Shown here piece after piece: positions 53,685 through 64,000 of a DNA stretch of 64,000 nt (positions are counted from its first letter, which is position 1; each line of letters opens with the position of its first letter). Where the stretch lies: assembly GCA_963748625.1 (NCBI GenBank), contig CAVVJT010000007.1:1271170-1335169 (forward strand), given 5' to 3'. A program made the position numbers and the translations under genes. Under the pieces are notes generated by a model. That model was given only the letters and a program-made list of their open reading frames with translations. It had not been told where the DNA came from and searched no databases. The DNA is from an uncultured Chloroflexia bacterium. GTDB lineage: Bacteria; Chloroflexota; Limnocylindria; Limnocylindrales; CSP1-4.

Positions 53685-53764
53685 CGTGAAAGTGATGAAA
53701 CATTAGACGCACCTCAAGTCAACCTGACCCATTCTTCCCGTGACATCTGCGTGTAAAGCGCAGA

Positions 53765-54663
53765 TCACCGAGGCGGTCCGATAACCCGCAAGCGGCGGGG
53801 TTCGAATTCGAACTCGGCGGGTAGCTCGCCGACAAATTCCCCGTCGATTTGGAGGGGAACACGGGAAGCCGCGGAGAGCCGCAACCGGGTGGTCGTCAGG
53901 TCGAGCGAACGACCCACGTGTCCGATGCGACCGGTGCAAATGCCAACGAGACAAGCGAGGGCAAGGCGGAGGTTGGCCTGGGGAAAGACGCGCACGTTGA
54001 GCCGGCCATCGGCCATCGAGGCGGAAGGAAAGAGGGCGAAAGGCCCGCCATAGAGCCTGCCGTTGCCCATCAGCACGAGTTCACCGGCCACGGTTCGCTC
54101 GTCGGTTTGGACGGTGATGGGGACCTGGGGTTCGCGCAGGGCGCGCAGACCGGCCGTGATATAGGCGAGGTAGCTCACCCGTTTTTTCCAATGCCAATCG
54201 ACCACCTCGGTGGCGCGGGCATCGAGTCCCGCGCCGGCCACTTGCACGAAAAGTCGGCGGTGAGTTTCTCCTCCCGCAACGTAACGTAACCCGGACCAGA
54301 TCGACCGTCCGTTCAGATCCCGCCTGAATGGCGCGCCACGCCCGACGCCATGGCAGCGGCAGCCGAAGCTCGCGCGCAAAGACATTGGCGGTTCCCAAGG
54401 GCAGCACGCCGAGCCGGGTTTGATCGAGTCCGCCGGGCACATCCGCAATGCCATTGAGCACTTCGTTGATCGTGCCATCGCCTCCGGCGGCGACGACGGT
54501 GCCGGCGCCATCCCGGACCGCTTCCGCGGCGAGTCGGCGGCCGTCGCCGGCGCAGGTGGTGGGGCGTGAGCACGCAACTGGCGCCCAACTCCGTGAGTTG
54601 CTTTCGGAAACGGCGGGCTTTGTCGCCTCGAGCGGCCGGGTTGAAGACGACGCAGATGCGCAC
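53765..54663 (-). CDS. YegS/BmrU diacylglycerol-kinase-family lipid kinase (frameshifted)
   Basis: FNPAARG, AAGGDGTINEV, PLGTANVFA, GAGLDA, QIDGE. Confidence 0.9.
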
Positions 54664-54700
54664 GGGGGTTCCCTAGCCAAAACCGCGCGGGAAAGCAGCA

Positions 54701-55480
54701 CTATTCTGGTGGAACAGGACGGTGCCGGACAAGCTGGCGCAGGCGCAACAGGATCCCGAGCATGAGGATTAGGCCAGCGAGAACCACGAGATACATAGCC
54801 ATCGTATCGTGAACGAAATGCTGGATCCGGTGCCGCCAGGGCCAGTGGCGGACCGAGTTCCCGGTCCCGAAAGTGATGACCAGGAGCGGAACCAGGACGA
54901 AAGCGATCCAGGCGGCGTAACGCGCCGATTCCGTTGCGATCGAACCAGGACCAGCGTCCGGTCCGCTTTCGGATCAGCCAGGCGTAAGTCATGACCAGGG
55001 CCACCAGGCCGGCACCCGAAAGGGCGAACCAAAGCAAACGCGAGAACCGAATCCCCACGCGTTCGATGGCGGCGATCTCGTTGCGCATGCCGACGAGATG
55101 CGGCACCAGCATTTGTGATTCATGGGTCAGGGCATCCAGGAGGACGTGGCTGCACGCGCCGATCCAGACCGAGATGGCAATGGCAAACCAGGAATATTCG
55201 CGCCCCGGCAAAGCGGCATCAGCACCTCTCGATGCGGCGCGGGCAACCGGGTGGCCAGGGGCTCGCCAATCGCGCGAAACAAAATATAGGCGAGAAGTCC
55301 CACCGGCAGACAAAACCAGATGGTGCCCGGGAACGAATGGGCCAGGCCGGTCCACCCGCGGCCGGGGAGCGCGTAGCTCACGTCCGGCGTGAGGCAGCCC
55401 AGCATCAGGGCCGATAGACTCAGCCACCGGATCTTCCACAACGGCAACACCACCGCCGGATGGGCTAGAGGGAAAGGCAT
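54701..55480 (-). CDS. DUF4184-family membrane protein (frameshifted)
   Basis: MPFPLAHPAVVLP, GCLTPD, SHVLLDALTH. Confidence 0.8.
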
Positions 55481-55753
55481 GGTCAGGACGGTGAGGCTGC
55501 GAATGGCCGCCAAAGCGGGTCCCGCCACATCACCAAGTCGGAGCCGGGCGATCGGCGGATTTTGTTGTGGTTCCGTTTCATCGACTGTGGCAAGGGCAAT
55601 TTCGTTGCCAACTTTGCGGCGCATAACATGCCACACGACCGACCGACCGGAAAGGGGTTTCGACATCGGGCAAAGCGCCGAAGCCTTGAAAGAGTCCGCC
55701 GCGCTGTTGTTGGGCGCAGTGGTGCGGTTGCACGCGGGAGGGTTTGGCCTGGG

Positions 55754-57708
55754 CTATTTGTTCGCGCGATCGCCCAGCACTTGGTAGACGGCCACTTTGG
55801 TGACCTTACCTTTGACTTCGAGCAGGCCGATTTCGCGGGTTTGAAAGGCGTGATCGAGCAGTTCATGCGTTGGCGCGCCGATGAGGATGCGGCAGCGGTT
55901 GGGGAGCGAGTCCGGATCGGCCAGCGCTTTGTCGTAGCTTTCCAGGCGTGAAGCGGTGTTGACGACATCGCCGACGACAGCGTATTCGAACCGATCATCG
56001 CTGCCGATGCTACCGGCGGCGACTTCGCCCGTGTAGATCCCCGCGCGCATGCTCACCGCCGGCAATCCGGCCTGGCGCCATTCATGGCTCGATATCGACC
56101 AGGCGCCGGCCCATGGCGAGGGCGCACCTGACGGCGGTGGCGGCATCGCCGGCCTGTTGGCCGCGGGTGGTATGCGGCACGGGGACGCCGAACAGCGCCA
56201 GGATGCCGTCGCCGGTGAACTGTTTCAGCACGCCCCCATGCTCCTGGATGACCTGAGCCATGGCCCCGAGGTATCCGTTGAGCCACGCATACAGGCGGGC
56301 CGCCTCCATCTTCTCGGACAAGGTGCTAAAGCCCTTTCAAATCGGTGAAGAGCACGGTGACGGTGAGTTTCTGGGCCAGCGGCCGGTGGCCTTCGAGAAA
56401 GGAATCGCGATTGGCCCAGATGGACTCCGCGATCTCCTTGGAGACGTGGCGCGAGTAAAGTTTCATCAGGATGGCCCGCATCTGGCGTTCCTGAGACGAG
56501 ACGTAGGAAACCACCATGCCCGTCGCGCAGATCAAGGCGATGGCAGGCGACGCGAGCGGGATCCACCACCCGGCCGCAAACGCGCCCCACGCGATTGCCG
56601 GCAAGGCCCAGCAGACCGGCCATAAGGGTGGGCACCAGTCGGAAAATCGATCTCGCCCAGTATCCGATGGCGCCTCCCGCAAAACACCACAACAGGATCC
56701 AGCCGTCTTCGATTCCATCACTCCAGCTACGCAGGGGTCGATCCCCCGCGAGCACGTGCCGCAGCAGTTGGTGGATCGTCAACGCCTGCATGCGAATGCC
56801 CCGATGATCGCGGCGGATGGGCGTCACCCGTTCGTCGGAGACGCTGGAGGCATTGATGCCGACGAGAACGATCTTGCCCCGGAAGGTATCCGGCGGCGCC
56901 TGGCCGGAGAGCACTTCGTTCACCGAGTAGGAGATGAATTCCTCCGGACACTTGAAGTCGAGGAGCATCTGCCACCCAAAGGCATCCGCCCTGACGTAGG
57001 CGCCATCGTTGGGCTGGAAGCCTCGCAGCCGGGCCTTGCCCCAGAGCAAGGTTCGCTCATCCTTCGGGTCCAGTCCCGGTTCGATACCCTTGCCCTCCAG
57101 GTAGAGCATCGCCAGGCGGAAACGGCAGCGCATAAAAGCTGCTCGCCGGAGTCTGAATCCGCAAACAACAGGCTCCGGCGCACTTTGGGGATGGTGTGAT
57201 CCACTCCGAGATCGGGGGGGAAGTTATCGTTGAACGCGATCCGCTCATGATCGGCAGCCAGGGCGGGCGGGGGTCCAATGCCGTCGAGGGTGAAGATGCC
57301 GATGATATTGGGGTGGGCCAGCAGCACCTGGTTGAGTTCCTCGAGGGATTCCCCACTTTTCGGAACCGGTATATCGCGCCACATGTCCAGCCCAATGGCC
57401 GCCGGTTGCGCCGCCGCCAGGATACTCAGCAGCTCGGCGAGTTTCCGGTCCGTCAGCGGATAATCCAGGGTGGCGCTCTGGATGTCGGCCTCGGTCATTT
57501 CGACGAGGACGAGCGGATGGCTGGTTCCCGGCCTTGGTTGTTGCCGGAGGAAAAAGTCGTAGGTCTTGAACTCGAGGAACTGGAGCCAACCCAGGTGCCG
57601 GGTGGTGAAGGTGCAGCCAAAGACGAACAAAACAATCAGCAAACCCATGACCCGGGAGGAGGGTTTCCACCGCGACCACCGGTTAAGAACGTTGGGAGCT
57701 GAACTCAT
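55754..57708 (-). CDS. CHASE2 sensor + class III adenylate/guanylate cyclase (frameshifted)
   Basis: IGLDMWRD, KIVLVG, three TMs, VLFTDLKG, QFTGDGILALFG, GDVVNTASRLES, VKGK. Confidence 0.88.
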
Positions 57709-57740
57709 AGGACCTAGTGCGGCAGGGCCTCGGACCAAAT

Positions 57741-57873
57741 CCGAAATCCGAATCTCGAAATCCGAAACAAACCCGAAATCTCAAATGGGCAAATCTCGAA
57801 ACGCCCGGGGTTTCGAGATTTTGGCTCATTCGAGATTTCGGGTTTGTTTCGGATTTCGAGATTCGGATTTCGG
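57741..57873. repeat. long hairpin built of heptamer-like units
   Basis: Perfect 42-bp arms (57741-57782, 57832-57873) with an inner stem. Confidence 0.92.
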
Positions 57874-57924
57874 GATGGTTGGCAAGTTTGACCTGACTAC
57901 ATCGCATTTCGAGTTTCAAGGACC

Positions 57925-60259
57925 CTAGAGCCAGTTCCCAATGATGAGGTAGGGCGACCAGTAGCAGGGGTGGCGATACCGGCGATCGCCCAGCAAGGAG
58001 ATCTGCGCCAACTGCAGCGCCCGCGCCTTGGAAACGGAGGGTGACCGCCGCAATTGATCGTAGAACCTCGGTGACCAGCGCCGAGGTGGATTGGTCATTC
58101 ACAAACCAGAGTGTGGCCAGAGCGCTCCGGGCCCCGGCTTTGACCGCCACGCCCGCCAGACCCAGGGCGGCCCGGTCATCGCCGGCGGCCGTCTGGCAGG
58201 CGCTCAAGACCAGGAGTTCCAGCGGCCGACCCCGGTACTGACTCGGGCGAATGAGCGCTTCGAGGTCGTTCAAGGTCAGTTTGGTGTCGTAGGTCAGCAC
58301 GAAAGTCTTGCGCACGTCGCGATCGAATTGGCCGTGCGAGGCGACGTGGATGATGGAGTATTGCTCTTCCAGTAGTTGGCGCCTGAGCGCTTCGAGGGTG
58401 AAGGCTTCGTTGTACAGGGTTTCGCTGGGGAACAGCGATCGCAGGCCATCCAACTCCCGGGTGACGAAGTTCAACGCGGGGAAACCCTGCACCGACTTCG
58501 AGAGCCCATTCAGCAGCAAACGCGCTTTGCCGCGCTCGAGGGTTTGCGGTTCAACCAGCGAGAGCCCGGGCGCCACCGCCACCGCCAGTTCCTGGATGAG
58601 AAACCGCTCGCCATCATGAAGGCTGGCAAAGGGGATCGTGCGGAGCGCGCCGTCCGGGACGAAGACCAGGGTTTCAATGCGGTGTTCGAGCAGCAATCCG
58701 CGGATCGGTCGGATGAGCCAATCGTAGAGCCGTTGCGCCTGCTCGAGGTAGGCGTAGGTGGTGCGGGTTTCGAGGTTGCGGCGAAACTGGTTCACTTCCG
58801 CCGTGAGCGCCTCGGCGCCCAGATCCAGCGTGAATCGCTTCAAGCCGGAGGTCAGGCCCACCAGCACCTCGGTGCGCGCGGGGAGCGGGATGAAATAAAC
58901 CACCGCCGTACTCTGGTCCACGGCCTCGATGGCCCGCGTTTTGGCCCGTTGGACATCCACGCAGTCGTCGCAAAAATAATCCTCGAGCTCGACCGCCTTC
59001 AGATACTCCACGGTATCCCGAGCTTCGAGGAGCAGTCGTTGCTCGGCCTGGGGATCGGAGGCGGACCCGGCGAGCCGCAGCAGCAAGTCCGCGAGTTCGA
59101 AGAAGAGCGGTCCCTCGGATTCGCGGAAGGAGCGGCGCACGCTGGCGTTGCCGTAGCCGAGCGAGAGATCGTTGCGGATGGGTCCCAGCGCCTGGACCGC
59201 CCGCCGATAGGCCGCCACCGCGGATTCCGTGTCACCCCGCGCCTGCCAGCAGCCGGCCCATCTGCCACTCCCAGCGATACAGCGCTTCGGGCATTTGCGC
59301 CTGCTGGGCGACAAACGCCGCCCGTTGGGCCAGCGCCATGGCGGCCTCGGGTTGCCCGTCCTGATCGTAAAGCTGCGCCAGATACCCCAGCGCGTAGGTT
59401 TCGATCGCGCGATCCTCCAGCCGCTCGCCCAGGTCCAGAGCCCGTTCAAAAGAACGTCGAGCCCGCTGGAGGAGCGGTTCGACGGGCGCGGATTCATGGG
59501 ATAGAATCTCGCGGTCAGTCTGGCCGGCCGTGAGAAAGAGGAACGCCTTGCCGTGCGAATCGTCGAGCCGGTCGAGCTCGAGCAATGCCTGGGCGTTGAG
59601 GTCACGAGCCTGGTCCGGGTCACCGGCGCGCGACGCGGCGGCAGCGGCGTTGCAGAGGGCCTGAGCCGTGAGCCAGGCATTGCCGGTGGCTTGAGCCAGT
59701 CCGACGCTGGCCAAATAGGCGGCTAACGCTTCCGCATGGTTTTGTTGGGTAGCAAAGAGGTTGCCCAGGTCGTTCAGGACCTCCGCTTCCGCCTCCTGAT
59801 CCTTTCCGGCCCGCGCCCCTTCCAACGCTTCGTGCAGGAGCAGGGCCGCCCGTTCCGGATCCTGCGTCATGATCAAGGCACCGCCCAGTTTGGCTTTGAC
59901 CAGTTGGATCCAGGCCGTCTCCCCGGTTTGCTCGGCCCGGATGAGCGCGGCTTCGAGCATGCCCACAGCGCGTCGGTGTTGGCCCATCGCCTGGTAAGCG
60001 GCGGCGAGGGAAACGGTGGTGCGGATCTCGCCAACCAGCGTCCGATTGACGCGCGAAATAGCGGCACGGCTTGTTCCCAGTTGGCGGCCGCCTGGCTGAA
60101 AGCGCCCCGATGAAACGCGTGCTCTCCCAGGGTCACCAGGTCGGCGGCATCCGCCATCCCTTCCCTGGGAGTCCCCACCAGTGCCAGGAGCAACAGCATC
60201 ACCCCCGGAATGGCTCCCCGACCCCAGGGGATTCCAGGCTCGGTGTGCCTCGGTTTCAT
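57925..60259 (-). CDS. TPR-CHAT caspase-like protease (frameshifted)
   Basis: Signal-like N-terminus, TPRs, VPDGALRTIPF, IHVASHG, LSACQTA, ATLWFVND, terminal WSPYLIIGNWL. Confidence 0.9.
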
Positions 60260-60486
60260 CGTGTCAGTCCGCGGGATTGGGCATTCATGTCTTTACTGAC
60301 CGCCATTTGCATTACTCACGCGTTGTGAGCATGCCGAAAGGGATCGGGCGGTTCAACCTGAAACCGGGTGCTGTGGAGTGAGCATGGCGAATGTTTGGTA
60401 TTCATCAGAATAATCTTGAAAAGAGGCTGGTGCCTGTTCACGATGCCGGCACGGTGCTTAGGACGAACCCAAACGTAGAACAACCC

Positions 60487-61261
60487 ATGACCACCAGCTT
60501 GATCCGCTGCCGGAGGCTGCTTCGGCTTGCCCCCGTGCTTTCGCTTTTTCTTTTCTTCGCGGGCGGGACTCTGGCCCAGGAGCCACTGAAGCCGGCAGCA
60601 TCCACGAATGCGCACCAACCGCGCGCTCACCAATGCGCTCACCCGCGCGACGACGAATCCTCCCGTCAAGGTGAAGTTCCGTCCACCGTCGACCGGGGCG
60701 CCTTCCGTGCGACTGACTGGAGGATCGCGGGGGAGTGGCGACTCGGCGATCACGCTGGACGTGCTGGCGCCGGACGATATTGGGATAACCACGCAGGAGC
60801 AGCCGTCGCTTTTCTGGTATCAATCCAAACCGGCGGACGCGAGGTTCGAGCTGACTTTGCTGCAGGAGAACAAGGTGAAACCGCTGGTGCAGGTGATGAT
60901 TGAACGCTCGGCGAAGGCGGGGATCCAGAGGCTCAAGCTGTCCGAACACGGCGCCAAACTGGTGCCGGGGGTGGAGTATCAGTGGGTGGTGGCACTGATC
61001 ACGGATCCGGAGAATCGCTCGACGGATTTGGTGGCCAGCGGCGTTATCCAGCGGGTCGAACCCGCGGATGCATTGAAGGAGCGGGTTCGCCAGGCCACGC
61101 CCTCGAGTCTCCCCGGCGTCTACGCGGAAGCGGGCGTTTGGTACGATGCCCTGGCGGCGTTGTCGGATCAGATTGAATCCCACCCGGACGATGCGGGCCT
61201 GAAGGCGGCCCGGGCGGATCTGCTGGAACAAGTGGGCTTGAAGTCGGCCTCGAGCCTTTGA
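60487..61261 (+). CDS. DUF928 protein (frameshift ~60,610)
   Basis: GGSRG, GITTQEQPSLFWY, YQWVVAL, YAEAGVWYDAL, LLEQVGL. Confidence 0.85.
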
Positions 61262-61273
61262 TCCCGGGCGTGG

Positions 61274-62939
61274 TCAGAAAGCCATGAAGTTGAGGCGCAG
61301 ACCTACGCCATAGCCCTGCAGACCGGTTTCGTCCGGAATTTCCAGGTCCCGGAGCCGATAACCCCAATAGATTTGCGCGGAGAAGTGTTTGCCCGGGGAG
61401 AGCAACAGCCCCACTCCGGTGCTGTAGATGGACGTCGGGCTGGGTGAGGTCTCAGCACCCCAGGCGGCGCCGAAGTCGAAAAACGGCGCCAGGTAAACGA
61501 CGCCGGCCCCGGACTTGTCGAACCACACCGGCATTCGAAACTCGACGGAACTGGCGATGCCGCGGTCGCGCACCAACTGATTCTCGAGGTAACCACGGAC
61601 GGTTTCGAAGCCGCCGACGCTGATTTGCTCGAGCGCGAGCAGTGGTTCGTCCGCCCATTGGCCGGTGACGCGCAAGACCAGTTGATTCTGGGTGTTGAAA
61701 AGCCGCTGGATGTATTGACCCTGACCCAACCACGAGAAGAACCCGGCGTCGGGATCGCCCGGGATCCCGTTGTCGGTGGCGTCGAACGCATCGAGTCCAA
61801 AGTTGAAAGTGGAGCGTAGGGCCAGCACGTGGTTTTGGCCGCGCGCCAGCCATTCCTGGGAGAACCGAAGGACGGAGACGATCATTTCACCGTCGACCGC
61901 GCCCGGGGAAACGTTGAAGGGTTCTCCGAGCAGTTCGGTCTCGTTTTGGCGATGATCGAATCCGAGCGACAGCGCCATTTCGTGGTTGGCGGATTGCAGC
62001 AGGGGTTGACGCACGACGACGCCGTAGCTGCTGGTGAGGCTCTCGATGGCGAGTGGAAGGAACGGGTCTTCCACGATGCTGGTGTTGAGTCGGCTGCCGT
62101 GCAATCCGAGGGTCGTATCGTAGGGCGTCAAGGGCAGCCGATAGCTGCCTTCCAGATTATCGACGCCCGACCATTCCAGCCCATCCGCGCCGGCGTTGGC
62201 GATGCCGTATTTCAGCTCGAGCGGATCGCTGTTCCCCGTCAGGTTCAGATCGGAAGCCAGGAGCCAGATCTGCTCCGCGCCCACGCTGGGTGGCCGCTGA
62301 TTGTCGAACTGCAGACCGAGCCGAAAAGGCTGGAGATCCTTCACCCGGACTTCGAGCAGGCTCTCACCGGGCGCGCTGCCGGGCTGCAATTCCGCGTTGA
62401 TCTGGCCCACATTCGGGTTTTGTCGGAGCAGTTGCAGTCCTTCCTGGAGTTCAATCAGGTTGAGCGGCGGCTGGGACCACCGTCGCAATCGACTCTTGAG
62501 ATAGGCATCGCTCAGCCATCGGTTGCCGCTCAACTCGATTCCCGACAGCTCACCCTCGACAATTCGAATCAGCACGACGCCGTCCACGGGATCCTGGTCC
62601 GGAATCAACGCGCCCGAATTGAGGTAGCCGTGGTTGACGTAGTGCAGCGTGACGGCGCGTCGGGCCTCCTCAATTTCCCCAAAGCTCAGCTCCCGGTTGG
62701 TGAATGGCTGGGTTACCGTCGCCAATTCCGCATCCGAGAAAGCGCGGTTGCCCTCGAACTGGTAGGCGCGCACGAACAGCGACGGTTCCGAGATCAACCG
62801 TTGCCCCTGATCGGGAGGAACCGGTGGCGGCGGGAGAACCTGCGCGGAGAGCGTGGCGGACAAAAGCACCGTCGCCAACCACACCCGCAGGCGCGCCGCC
62901 AGCAGACCGGAGACCGCGCCAAGCCCAATTGCTATTCAT
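61274..62939 (-). CDS. ShlB/FhaC (TpsB) transporter
   Basis: POTRA (FEGNRAFS, YVNHGYLNSGA), VRGY motif, terminal Phe; start uncertain (62884-62939). Confidence 0.9.
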
Positions 62940-64000
62940 CCGGTAAAGGTCGCAATCCGCTGGGCACGAACCCGCCCGGCTGCAGCGGCAGCCCGCCGCG
63001 GCCCAGCACGACGAAACTGCTGAAATCGTCGGTCACCCGAACCGCGCAATCCGGACGCAACTGGGTTTCAACACCGAGCAGAGTGCTGGGCAACCCGACC
63101 AGGCTGCCGCTCAGGTCCACTTCGGGGGCGGAGACGCTGACGGTTCCAGGCAATCCGAAGGGTGCGGAGGCGTCGATGAGGCTGGCCGACTGAAAGAAGT
63201 AATCCGACAAAATGGTGATGTTACCGCCGTTGGCGGTCGTGGACTTTGAGATCAGGGCGCTGTGGTTCAGGATGAAGAAAACCGGGTCGATGGTCAGGTT
63301 ACCGCCGTCGCCCGCCGCCTGGGCGGTGAGCGTCCCGTGAAACAGGTAGATGAGCGCCGGCGCCAGCAAGGTGATGTTGCCTCCCCCGCCCGGGCCCGCC
63401 TGGGCGCTGATGCTGCTGTGCTCGAGGCGAATCTCGTTCCCGGCTTGCACCCGCAGGTCGCCGCCGCTGCTCTCCGGTGCGGAGGTGCTGACCGTGCTTT
63501 CGCCCGTCAATTGCAGGTTCCGCGCGGATTCGAGGGAGATCGTCCCGGCGCGACCGGATTCCAGTGAGGCGGACTGAATCGAAGCCCGGCTTTCGAGATC
63601 GATGGAGCCGGCGCGAATGTTGATGCTGCCGCCGTCGCCACGGGTTCCCGTGGTGGTGGAAATGACCATGGCGTTGCGGAGAGTCAGGGAGCCGGCCTCA
63701 ATGGTGATGTCGCCGCCGCGGCCTCCGCGTCACCCCCGAAGAAAGAGGGCTGGCTCGCCGCCGTGATCCCGGGAAAGCTGTCCGGCTGAAAGGTCGCGCC
63801 ATCCAACACCACCGCATCCGCCGTGATATTGATGTTGCCTCCCTTGCCGTCGCCGAAGGTGTTGGCTGAGATCGCCGCGTCATTGAGGATCTGCAACCGA
63901 TCGACCCGGATGTCGATCACTCCACCGTCACCGGCGGGCTTCTGTTCGTTTAATCCCGTGGTGAGCGCGGTAATCGACGCAAACGGTCCGTCCATGATGA
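62932..64000 (-). CDS. filamentous-haemagglutinin-like TpsA, C-terminal part (partial, frameshift ~63,720)
   Basis: GDGG/GGNI beta-helix repeats; terminal C...SSFVVLGRGGLP. Confidence 0.85.

Noticed and set aside
7356-64000. Programmed frameshifting or mass pseudogenisation
   Set aside because: Indels hit many genes including normally essential bamD and lptE, with no common slippery motif; better explained by long-read errors.

Overview
The window has two very different halves joined near 30,073. Left (1-~30,070): a GC-rich, monoderm-type (Chloroflexota/Actinobacteria-like, inferred) integrative region. It has two diverged repeats each carrying the antisense 3' end of a tRNA-Arg-like gene that reads into a conserved short peptide. 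After these come a Zn-finger/excisionase gene and a defence-like island (HEPN protein, type I R-M, PD-(D/E)XK nuclease, AlbA/Schlafen protein, ClpP-class protease). Next is one operon joining two double-Phd regulators and T4SS-like genes (VirB2-, VirB6-, PrgI-like) to a secretin-less Tad pilus set, with PrgI fused to CpaE. Right (~30,075-64,000): diderm, Verrucomicrobiota-like (inferred) chromosomal DNA with bamD, lptE, lipA, ubiE/menG, GH84, GH78, two two-component systems, decayed TA pairs, REP/MITE-like repeats and a TpsA-TpsB-DUF928-CHAT-CHASE2 cluster. The junction fuses two unrelated truncated genes in frame and may be an assembly chimera. Many genes carry frameshifts that look like long-read indel errors. 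All family calls come from motif recognition, not database searches.
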